Source: Chrysomallon squamiferum | Lineage: Eukaryota > Animalia > Mollusca | DNA: 64,000 bases | Assembly: GCA_012295275.1 (NCBI GenBank) | Contig: CM022673.1 | Location: 23,002,001 to 23,066,000 of the forward strand | Direction of reading: 5' to 3' | Shown: one piece after another, positions 17,457-29,997 of the stretch | Position numbering within the stretch: the first letter of the stretch is position 1 | How the letters are laid out: every line of letters starts with the position of its first letter | Translations under genes and position numbers: made by a program | Notes under the pieces: model-generated | Told to the model about the DNA's origin: nothing | What the model saw: only the letters and a program-made list of their open reading frames with translations | Database searches by the model: none

Positions 17457-19286
17457 CACACAAAATCGAATAATTATTATCTGTAATTATAAAATAGGTG
17501 GGGGTTTTTAAAGAAAAATGATTATTTTACTATCGATCCTTAATAATTAACAGAAGATTCATAACGTTTTATAATTTTGTTATATTTGTATGATCATAAT
17601 GCTAGAGACTATTTAAAATAATGTCATCAAAATTTGTTGTTAGTTCTTTTAATTTTTTTTTCCATACTGATATTTCACTAATAAATAAGCTGGTTAATTA
17701 ATTTTTTTTTTTTTTTTTTTAATTTTTTTTAAATTTATTTAATTATTTGATTTTCCAATATATATATTTTTTTTTATTCGAATAACTTAAATGCATAAAC
17801 AGATACAGTGGAAATTTACAAACAAACAGCAACAATAATTAGAGAAATGAAAATAAAATTTTGGCTGCCGCTGTAATCTTGTTAGCCCTGATTCTCAGCT
17901 TAAAGCGCCGACAATGATCGGTCAGTTTTTAAAGATTACCTTTGCACCACCATAATAACTCAAAGCGAAAACTATTAAATCATGGTCGAAATAGAGTTTC
18001 TCTACCGTATACGGTTCTTGAATTTACATGAAATAATTGTTGTTTTGTTTAACATAATTACAATAGCCATGGAATGTAATTTATTAAAATTTAATTCAGT
18101 ATGCACTTTAAAATACCTCAGCATAAAAATAGTTCTTCTTCCGATATGAAGAGCAGGAACGTATCTGTTTTCAGTTTCGACTCACACGTTTGACGTTTTA
18201 TTTAATTGTTCACGCAGTAGTGTATTTAGAATTCAGTTACAACGCAGCCTCGCAGATGACATTACTGTATTACAGATATTTCTCATTTTGTAAATTCGAT
18301 GAAAGGTACTTTCGTAAGATTAAATAAATGAATGCATTGCATTGTATCAACTGACGTTAAACAAATGACTTTTGTGTAACGACGATAAAGAGAGGAAACC
18401 CTTTCCTGCTACTTTTGCACCTTCACAACGAAAAGGAATCACATTCCAGAATTTCAAGTGGTTTTGATTTAAAGGGGAAGGAGAATAAGTCATTGGTCAC
18501 ATTCAGTATTCTAATCATTCGCTTCTTTTGATTTTTACGCAAACATTCATTTAAATTTTATATGATAACAGTTTTCTTGTAGGCCTACTAAACAAACGTA
18601 AAATTACGGACACACGATAACGTAAGAAGTAACGAATACAGCATGCAAAACACAGAAAGCTGAACAAAATAATAAAAATATAAATAAAAAAACCTGCCGA
18701 ATGCCTTAACTTCCAGTAATTTTCAAAATGTTTTACAAAACAAATAAAATTTTGAATTACATTCTAATCTGCATCAAGCTTTAACGAAAAAACTAAAACC
18801 ATTAAAAACGTGAAATCCAATTCTGGAACCACACTTCAGGGTCACGCCGCTCTTCTTTTTTCTGCAGTCGTTATTTTGATACGAAGTATTCCTTCTTTGA
18901 CGACGACTGGAGTTGGTACATGATTTACAACCACACCTCTGCCTGACACAGGTTTCAGTCAATCGGACGATCGTCACGTGTGGATAAAGCAGGCGTTTAC
19001 TACCAGGATCCAATTAGCCAAATCATATTTTATTTAACCAGTAATCCTTAAGGAAGTCGATTATGTGGATTGCGTCAAGGTGTTAGCACCAGCTTTGCTT
19101 AACGTGTCGATTATTCATATCACGTAATCCGATCAGCAGTCTTCTGTCTGGTTTATTGCCTCTGGTGTTATTTCCGGACACAGTGGGACGATTGCTTTAA
19201 CCACGTGACATGAAGACATTGAAGGTAACTCTGAAGAGGATCCAGAATTTCAGAACTTTTGGAGAACAATTATTTCAACCATTTGC

Positions 19287-19335
<49 letters not shown>

Positions 19336-19879
19336 ATTATTATTATTATTATTAATTAATTAATTAATTTTTTTTTTTTTTTTTTTTTAAATATTACTGT
19401 TGTTGTTGTGTTTGTTGTTCCACATCACCATCTTCTTTTTATTATTATTATTATTACTATTTTTTTAATAAAATATTTATTTATTTAAAAATATGTGTGA
19501 CAGAAAGACACTGCGATTAAAAGAATATGAAGAATAATGAGGATGAAAGTTTCATATATTACTCTGATAAAAATACTCTAGCAATCAGTCATATTAATTT
19601 GAACAAACCAGCTTAAAATAAAGATAATATAAAACTACAAATAATTTGATACACAGTATAAAATTTGATACATGGTTATATTTATCTTTAAAGCATAAGA
19701 CGAAATAAAAAAACATCTACGTTAGAACAGATTATATTCGAACTTTCCTGATATTTTCAAAGACGAATAGCAGTATTAGTTACATTAATATATAGTCGAC
19801 GTACTATACAATAATGACAGGTGAAGTAGTGGTATTCAAAGACTACCGAACATAGACCACAAATACCACTTTCGTTGGG

Positions 19880-20551
19880 TGGCTGGAAAAAGTTACAGAA
19901 AACGTCACAATTTAGTATAGGAAAGAAATCACAGGAAAAAGTCACAAAATATATGGGTTTGTAGATTATTAAATGTGGCATCATAGTATGCATGGTGTAA
20001 TTGTTAAGCTTATTGATTAAGCTAAATTAAAGAAAGGGGCTTCATACTGTGCAGGGGTGCTGACTTGTTACACTTATTAATTAGGATCAGTTAGGCAGGA
20101 TTAGGATAGATTTAAACTAAGGGCTTCCTATTGTAAACGATTTATAAAAGTGTTTCCGGTTAAAATGTGTTTCCCTGTATATTCTCCAGCTTGTTCTAGT
20201 ATCAGAAGTATGTATAATATGGAAGTTATTCACAGTAATAAGGGTGGTAACAAAATCTGTTATGTATACCAAAATGCACCTCACAAAACAAAGTTGTGGT
20301 GGAAATGATCTGGTTGTAATTGGCAGAATTTCTTCATGGTATTGGGTGGAACATCCACCTTTACCACTAACACTAAAATCAAAGAACATTTAACAAAACA
20401 CTCTGACAAAATGTGTTTAATCTATCTTTCACTGTAACAAATTTCTTAATCTTAATTAAAAATTGTGACTTTTTCCTGCGTTTTTTTTTTTTTTTTTTTT
20501 TAATTTTTTTTTTCTGTGACTTTTTTTTCCTGTGACTTTTTTCCTAGAATC
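19880..20551. mobile_element. MITE-like non-autonomous DNA element with internally repeated terminal inverted repeats
   Basis: The left end has repeated ggaaaaagtcaca-type units (about 19884-19948). The right end has the reverse-complement units tgtgactttttcc (20464-20547). No coding capacity seen; TSD not resolved. Confidence 0.6.
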
Positions 20552-20734
20552 ATTTGTTGATGCTGCACTACTGGAGAAAGGTCATGTGATTAGGACGCCA
20601 GACAGATAAATCAGCACAACGATTATTTAGACATATCTTATACACTTACTTACCTAATCTTTCATACCGTAATAAAAGAATATTTATTTTTTTATTCATT
20701 TTGAGTTTTACATTCATCGTCATTTTTTATTTAA

Positions 20735-20794
<60 letters not shown>

Positions 20795-21197
20795 TTTTCG
20801 TGTTGTGTAAATATGAACAGAATCTAACAAGAAAGGAACTCTCTTTATTTTCCCTCTCTTTATTTCATTAAATAATAAAGAATGAGAATAAGAATAATAA
20901 GAAAACTAAAAATTTGAAAATTATGAAAAAACAAAAAGAAAGAAAAAAGAAAGGTAAAATTAAGAAGAAAAAAATAAAGAGGAAGTAACGCCGAATCTAA
21001 AAACTTCAAAAACTATGCCTCTTTCACCACATTGTAACTTAATGGAAGATATAGAATCCGATATTAGCCGGTCGACTAGAAAATCAGACTGGTTAAAAAA
21101 ATCTGACGAATAATAGCCTATAATTTACTAACCTGTAGTTAATACTGATTATCACATCGCTGTATAACCACTTTTTTATAAATTAATTAATTAATTA

Positions 21198-21248
<51 letters not shown>

Positions 21249-21529
21249 AATAAATAAATATAATTATGAAAATGCTTCTTTATCTAATTTTTACATAAAA
21301 CAGTTTCCGGGTTAACAAATGGCAGCCAGTGATTAGACAATGTAATTGATACTGGCGGCTGCTACTTGTCAGTTTTCTTTTGATGCTTGAGCAGTTTTAC
21401 ACAGAATTATAATTCATAGCTACGCTGTCTGAACACCTGTTCCTTCCATGACCTTGACGTAAATAATTAGAAGAAAAAAAAAAGCTGAAAAAAAACCACC
21501 AAAACAAAAAAATTATGTATTTGAAAACA

Positions 21530-21536
<7 letters not shown>

Positions 21537-21593
<57 letters not shown>
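21537..21593. repeat. (CT)n microsatellite
   Basis: Pure dinucleotide run. Confidence 0.95.
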
Positions 21594-21594
<1 letters not shown>

Positions 21595-21779
21595 AAATAA
21601 ATAATTTCGAAACAACAATGAAAAGCAAAATAATAATAAATAAATAAATAATAAAGAATAAAATAAAAATGTTCATGTCTTTGTCGTAAACAATTATATA
21701 TATTTTTTTTTAAAGTTAAGAAAGGACTGAAAAAACAGGCAAACGTTTTAGATGTCTTTTCTTTAGTACTGACTTCTCA

Positions 21780-22043
21780 TTGACTGATTTCAAAGACCAA
21801 TCACAGTCAACACCATAAGAATCTTCGCCTGCGACACCAGTGCAATGGCAGACGTTCTGTGAACTGGTCAGGTGGTGGCTGCTGCTGGCAGGCTTTCTTC
21901 AGAGCCGCGCGTGGGTAAGGTGTGAATAAGATAACCGGACTTAAGTGTCTTTCTTTGCGATTCCTGGGAATTCATTCACAGAAGTATTTCATCAATTTGG
22001 AAAAAAAAAAAAAAAAAAAAAAAAAGAATTATTTGGATTTCTG
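21780..22043 (+). promoter_or_regulatory. Candidate promoter/non-coding first exon of the GPCR
   Basis: Local GC/CpG-rich patch with a CCAAT box (gaccaatca near 21796) and donor-like sites G|GTAAGG at 21915 and 22044. The first GPCR coding exon has an acceptor and so needs an upstream exon. Confidence 0.3.
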
Positions 22044-22745
22044 GTAAGGTTGCGATGTTGTTTTGTTTTGTCGTGAAATTGTGAAAATTTTTTTTATTTT
22101 TTTTTTTTTTTATTTTATTCTGTGTATAGGTTTGTGAAATTTTAATTTTATATTTTGATATGAAAAAAATGAAAGTGTTACCTTATAATTATCATTGTAC
22201 TGCATTACACAACTGATTATCTTTCAAAATAATTAAAAAATTATTTATTTATTTATTTATATAATTTAATTTAATTTAATTTAATTTAATTTATTCTAGC
22301 TATGTTGCTGTTGTTGTTGTTATTATTATTATTGTTTTGTTTTGTTGTTGTAAAATTCCATTGTTGTTTACATTTCATAAGTGTAATAAACATTGTAAAA
22401 CGGAATGAGCCGCATAAGTTCAAGGCAAATACATTTGCAGAAAATATTTCTTTTGTGATTTATTGCACAAAAAATCTCAAACCAGTCGCAAGCGCACAGT
22501 TCTGTGGTTTCTTGTTTATCGGAACACATTTAGTGGACTGCTGTACAAATATTTTCTGTACGCTCACATAAATATAATTCAGTACAAATACTATATAAAT
22601 AAACACAGGTAGACAAATACGTAACACGTGTGTGTGTGTGTGTGTGAGTGTGTGTGTGACTGTGCGTGTAAAGAAAGAAAGAAACAGACTTGAGAGTAAT
22701 AAAGACAAAAAATTAATAATAAAATAGACAGAGAGAAGTATTAAA

Positions 22746-22778
<33 letters not shown>

Positions 22779-23321
22779 TTAAAAAGTAACGCTGCAAAAC
22801 GGAAAGAAAGAAAATGAAACAGAAAGAAAGAAAATTATCCAAAATTATACTTGAAATAATCGAAATCGTTAATAAAACTGAGTATCTACAGTTTAGAAAT
22901 ACCTTAATTCATTGTAGCCTAACTATCTGAAATTACTGAACTTCTCGACTTACCAGCCTACAGCAAGCTGTTCTATCAGCGAGTTTGAGAGATTTCAAAT
23001 TCGGTTTAATTATTACACTTAGACAACAGTATAACAATATAAATCTTTGGCTCTCAGCTACAAACAAAATCCATTTCATTAACGGAATTTTTTATTTTTA
23101 TTTTAAACAGTCTTTCAGAAGTCGGTCAAGACCCTTGAGTGGTTTCACTGGAATGATACAGTTATTAAAAACTGACAAGTTATTATAATTTCACTTACAG
23201 TCTGTTTTTTTACATACAACGCACATCTGTCACCTTATTATACCCGAATCAGACCATCTATCAGGCTAACTTCAGACTGGAAACGACCCGCATTTCTGGA
23301 TTTTCTAAATTTTGGATCAAG

Positions 23322-23352
<31 letters not shown>

Positions 23353-25575
23353 TTACATACATACATACATAAATTAAACAAATAATTGAAAAAAATAATA
23401 ATAATGAAGAAAATATATCTGTTTTTAACTGATACAGATTAATACACTTCTAAAGACTACTTTCTGGTAATTTCCACTTTATAGAAGCCGGATAAATGGT
23501 CTGGGACCTGAATATAAAACGTTATGATTACTTCCTTCAAAGCCAACCTTGTCAGCGTATAATAAATTAAATGTATGTTTTTTACGAGAAAATTTCTGTT
23601 CTTCGGAGAATTAACAGTCAGTTAATATGTAAAGATATATATATATATATATAAATGCGCACAAATAAACACACATACACACACACTAAAAAATCACACA
23701 CACCTTTCAACAAGCAACAAGTCAGCTATCAACAAATAATTAGTAAAGTTTTGACTAGGTTCGTTCAGTTAACACTAAGTTATCCGACTATCAGCTAGTT
23801 AGCTGTAATCAGGACAGTTTCAACTACAAGCTAAATACACTATTGCTTAGCATCTCACCGTCACAGGAAGGCGCTGTTCAATCAGTTCTTTTATGACATA
23901 ACATTATTTTCTGTAATACTTATCAAATCGGGCCTCTACATTTTTTCCCATAGCTTAGGGCCTCACCATATAAATCCGGTTCAGGCTGTGTTATCTGTTA
24001 GAAATACACCAGTCAGCTATCACCCTTTTGTCTAGTCAACTGTCAGTAGTTCATCTCATCAGCTATCAAAAAATTAATGTTGAAGTAATAAACTATGAAT
24101 TTTTCATTTAGTCAACCAGTTATGAGGTACTATCTGCCAACAGGCTAAAAACTGCAAACTGAGGTGTATCATCATTAATTACATCATACATTAGTACAGT
24201 AATCTAGTAAGATTAACACTCTCTGTCTAAAATATTACAATTTAACCACTTCGTTATTTATTCCGAGTCTCCTCAGTCTGGTAAAGGCCAAAGGAAACAA
24301 TTATTTACTGGTGCCATCATTTAGTATTGCAACACAGGTGTCACCATAGTAAAGCCACTTCCGCAAAACTCTAAAAACTAAATTTCAGTTCAGAACGCGT
24401 TCCATCGATTCATTTATTTGACATATAAACAGCTTTTGTCTGAATTCTGGGTTTTCTGGTTCGCATCCTGATGCTGGTTTAAATTTGAAGATAACTGTGT
24501 AACGTATACTGAAATGTGTAATGGACAAGTCGAACGCCTTTCTTTTGTTCATTGATATATTTATAATGAAACCAAATTGATCTTCAAAATTATGTACATC
24601 GTATCATAACACAATTATTTTTTTTTCTGAAATTCTCTTCTGCAGATTTAATAGTACCTTTTAAAATTTAATTTTTTTTTGTGGTTATTTTAGTAGTATT
24701 TTTTCATTATTATTCTATACTCTTATGTTATAGATACACTTTCTCGATTTTACAAAGAGATGCTGAAAATTAAATGCGTTTTATCGTAAAGCAAATAATA
24801 CAGATCAGAAAAATCATGAAAAAATAGATAAGTATGTGCTTGCGTATTATATTTTATCAAATATATTAAGTGTTTATTTAAAGAAAAATCACATTAGTAA
24901 TATGTGATGAGTTATGGCTGCTTCTAGACGTCTTCAAACCGAGGCAGACATTTTCATTACACTTTGTAGATTGAATACTTTAGAGTAAAATTGGATTAAC
25001 AGGGTTTGAGATCAACCCCCATGAATCACATGCTGACACAGCAATATCCTCTTTAGATTCTTCTTTGATTTGAAAAATATAGGTTTCTGGATTAAACATC
25101 AAGGTGAGCTAGCTAGAATTTGAACTTAGCAGCAGATTACATACAGTGTTTCTAAATGTATTGTCAAAAGTATTAATAATGTTTTTTATTGTAATTATAC
25201 TTACAAAATAAGTATCTTTTCATCTTGATACTTACCTCGACCTCCATGATGGAGCCTCTTTTTCATTTCCTCGGTCCGATCCTTTCATAGTCTCTCAGTA
25301 CTTAATTTTGTCCTTCTGGTGTTTTCATGATAATCGAAGTGTATGTTCAATGACTTTTTTGGGGGGTTGTGGTGGTAGTGGGATTAGAAATTTCTCAGGT
25401 GTAAATAATCAAATAAGTGCTCTGCTTTTCGGTTTTCGCTTTACAAAGTCTTTTGGGCTATTCTGGAATTAGATAATTTAAGAGAAATGTAGGAGTTTTA
25501 ATTATGGGTAGTAACTTTCGTATTCGAAGCTGACGATGGGCTTTAATGTCTAGCTGCATTAATATAAAGTTAATA

Positions 25576-25729
<154 letters not shown>

Positions 25730-26089
25730 GAGGACCAGAAAGCTTTACAAACAACAGTCCCACCCAGAAATGTTTTCCCTAAAAAAACACATATAATGTA
25801 TTTTTCATGCTGAGGTGTCATTATGTCTGAAAAACAATGAAATGCGTTTTCTACCCCTGGGATTAGATTTACCGCTGTCCTTCATTAATTTACAAGGATG
25901 CACAATTAACACTGATTTGAATAAATAGCTTCCATAAAAAATAGATTTTTTTTATTAAGTTAGCAGAAATAAAAATAAAAAGGAAAGAAATATGTTGTTA
26001 TTTCTGTAATTATTTCTGTAAATTTATTTCTATTTCAAGAAAATATTTTTTTAATTGCTGTATTCTTTCACTGTATTTTTAAAATTACT

Positions 26090-26144
26090 TCATTATTATG
26101 ATTATTATGATTATTATTATTATTATTATATACTACCACTATTG

Positions 26145-26217
<73 letters not shown>
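26090..26217. repeat. Compound (TAT)/(TAC)/(TAA) trinucleotide repeat
   Basis: Visible trinucleotide runs. Confidence 0.9.
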
Positions 26218-26218
<1 letters not shown>

Positions 26219-26675
26219 TTTACATCATGAAGTCTTACGTTTGTATTATTTGAGGTGCAATAGTGCATAAAGTTTCTCCAGATATGATCTTTCACAAATT
26301 TTAACATATTTTATTTTCTATGAGATCTTCATAAATATGGAAAAATGTAACCGAATTAACTGCTATACCTCAGTTGGGAATTCAAACCATGAGGATGAAC
26401 TGTCTGCCAAACAAAGTTTGAGGTGGATCTGTATTATTATCTGCGTAGACAATGCAAATGCCTAAGGCCCGAACCCTCTCTCATTGATCTGTTGTTATCA
26501 GAATCAACTGGTTATTTGCATGTATGAAGATCAAACCAGTGCATTAAGCAGTACAGGTTATCAAAGGTTATTCAAGACGGTCTGTAATAGATTTCGCATC
26601 TCATTATCCAAACGATAGCATACAACTAAGGATTATGTTTGTGCAGCGAATACTCTTTGAAGGTCATGGTCATAT

Positions 26676-27112
26676 GGCCGGTAGATGTTTTGCTGATGGA
26701 CATTTCACAGACAGGATATGTAGCCTAACAGACAAATGCCCGAACTTCCAAATATTTTTTGAATATAGAAGGATTAAATAGTTGATTTTTCACATTTAAA
26801 ACAAAATGAGCTGTACAATAGTCCGAGTTGTAATATACGTTTTATACCTGTAAGAAACAAACACTGTTACTTACTTTGTAAACAGAATAAATAACCAAAT
26901 CAACATATGACACAAATCAAACGAAGTACCAGATATTAAATACAAGACTGAAGTCTGTTATTGACATAATCCTAGGATTAACTTCTTGAGAGCAATTGGT
27001 GCAATATCGAAATATTTATAAACGTATCGTAATATTCTGCCCTTTTTATCTTTTATTATTTAGTAGATGTGAAGTATGAATTTTCGGTCATGCAGTTATT
27101 ATGTTTTTCTTC

Positions 27113-27143
<31 letters not shown>

Positions 27144-27385
27144 AGCATTTTTATCGTTTATTTTACAAATTACTTTGCAATGAAGAAATAAAAATAACCA
27201 AAAAAAAAAAAATTAAAAAAAAAAGAAAAATAAAATATAACAAACTAAATTATAAAAGACATATATCCATTTAGCAAAATGTCTGTTCTGCTAATTGTCT
27301 TATAGGCCTATTGGCCGTTCGTCTAAATGTCCGTTTGGTCAGATGTCCGTCAGTGAAATGTCCTTCGGTCAACTATCTGTCCACC
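26676..27385. mobile_element. Degenerate MITE/foldback-like element with about 15-bp subterminal repeats in inverted orientation
   Basis: Left ggacatttcacagac (26698) is the near-reverse-complement of right gtcagtgaaatgtcc (27349-27363). The right side carries several ..aaatgtccgtt..-type units (27278-27385). Confidence 0.5.
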
Positions 27386-28419
27386 TCTTTGAAATAGTTC
27401 ATTTCCAATTCATCCGTCCAATTACTCGCTGGTAAGATAGTCGAACACAAAATGCATTTAATAAAGTTCTCCATTTGTGATTCCTTTGATTGGGATAAAT
27501 TAAAATATTATTTGTTCCGAAACAGTTTTTATTATTAGCCATAAACTTAGCTTTTGGATGAAATTTTGCCAGGGATCGATGCACCACTTACTTGGTAACA
27601 GAGAAAAAAAAGAAAAAAAAAAAAAGACGTCAGAAATAAACTAGATGAAAATGACAGGTTGTATTAGAGACTGATGATTTGTATGTTAAAGTCATAAAGA
27701 TTTAAAGGACGATTGTGCTACTCTGTCGCGTTATGAAGACTGTAATAATAAAACATGATTACATAATGGTTATTTCAGGAACGTACATTCCGTCTTCAAG
27801 TACGATCATTCAATGGGCCGTATATATGTATTTTTCGCTTGGGCTTGTAGAGCGTGTGTTCATTGTGATGCAATATGATGCAGTAATTTCAACAGTAATC
27901 TGTGGTACGAAACGACGTCGTGAACCAGTGTACTTTTCTGGGATGCAGTAATAATGACAGACAACTTCCGTTTTGTTCACTTCCGGTTTGCTTTTCTTGA
28001 CAATGAGTGGTTAAAATAATTGTTGATAATTCGTTTCGGAATGGAAACTGGGTTAATATTGTCTGTTTAAGGTATTAGACAAAAATTGTTAATATCAGTT
28101 ACTATTGTATCATTCATCCAGTATTAGAAGCACGATTCACTGAAATGCAGTGACAAGTAAATAAAATATAGCTGCTGCGTGGTGTTAGTTTTTAAATACC
28201 TGGACTGTTACTGTATAATTTGTTTTAGAATAGAAATTCATTAAGGCCAAAAATATCTGCATTGTACATAATTATATAGGACACAAATCAAGAACCCTTA
28301 AGAAAGAGATACAATCATTTAATTTAATTATGTAATTTTATCCACTTTTTATGGACTTTGGGTATGCACGACACAGAGTTCGAATTGCATCTATCGATAA
28401 AAATAGTTTTATACACCAA

Positions 28420-28521
<102 letters not shown>

Positions 28522-29840
28522 TATCATGACGACGATGATGATTTCATTTGAGATTTTCGTTGTGCCAGGATTTTCCTGTGTGACCACGTAAATCTCTGAG
28601 CACATTCTACAAATCAGCTCACCAAAAGTAACTATGAAAGTTAATAGTTAGCAAGGGACATTAGACCAATATATAAAGTATCATTACCGTAGTGGAGTTA
28701 AACTCCGAGGGATCAAGAAGCGTGAAAATGGTTGCATTTCAGTCAATAATTCATCACTAGCTTTTGCAAATTGACTATTAACATTCATTGTTTAGTACCA
28801 GGTGATAAATATTTAATTGTTTTGATTTCTTGTTTTATTGCTGTCTGACAAAAACAAGACACCGACATAAATATTAAAAATCATATATTTTAATATATTT
28901 ATTATATATAATATGGTCTGCGTTATGTTTTATATGATCCCTTGAAACTGATTGTACAATGGCACGTTTAAGGTATAAAATGCCATGGTAACACATATGA
29001 TCATGTGTCGGTGCTCATGAAGTCAAGGGCTGATTTGTTTTTCCAGCTGGTTTTAAAACTTATTCTTACCTTGGTGATATAACTGGAAATCAGGAAAAAG
29101 AGGAAGTTAGTCGCCACCAAATATGCACCAGAAACGAAGAACAAGATATTAAACTGGTGCGCACGAAGCTAGGGAGGAATAAAACTATGTGGCTGTCATG
29201 AACTGTCACACTCATACCACGTACTGACTGTTACATTAAATGATTGGAATGAGTAAAGTAAAAGTAATTTATTGCCACGGTAGGTTAATAATGGAATACG
29301 TCAGAAGAACCGTGTTGAGAGTGAAAAGTAAACTGCAAATCAATTATCGTTAACGCAGGCTGAATATGAACATTGGTAATCTTAAAGTTTTGACCTATTG
29401 CTTGTTAACCGAGGTTTTACTCAACGACTTCTGGTTTTGCTAATACTGATATGAAAAGGTCATGTAAAATTGTATAAATCAATATTCGTTTGTCAGATTT
29501 GTCAAATCAACCAAGAAGAGTTTCAAATTTATGGTCGTCATCAAAGCCGGTTCAAATAAAATTTGATCCGCGGTTTTAATGAAATGAGGCAAAGTGAGCC
29601 TATCCATTTATATATTTGGTTATTACTTTTGCGTCATTTAAACACACACACACAAACACACACACACACACACACATTTTTTATACATAGACTTATAGCT
29701 ATTTCCTGCTCGCACAAACGCATGACTTAAAGGTCCTCGGAACGAATCCCAGACATGGCAGCGATATTCACGTAAGGTTATTTTTCAGAACTAAACATCA
29801 ATTAGATATTGTCATATTGAGCAAAATATGAAGACAGATA

Positions 29841-29841
<1 letters not shown>

Positions 29842-29889
<48 letters not shown>

Positions 29890-29997
29890 ATTATTATTAT
29901 TAATGCTGCTACTCTATTACTACTGCTACTACTACTACTACTACTACTACTATTATTACTACTACTGCTGCTGCTGCTGTTACTACTACTACTACTG
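29842..29997. repeat. Compound (TAT)/(TAC)/(TGC) trinucleotide repeat
   Basis: Visible trinucleotide runs. Confidence 0.9.

Noticed and set aside
28600-29600. Less AT-rich stretch with a CxxC-containing short frame
   Set aside because: Frequent stops and no recognisable transposase or reverse transcriptase motif; cannot be called.
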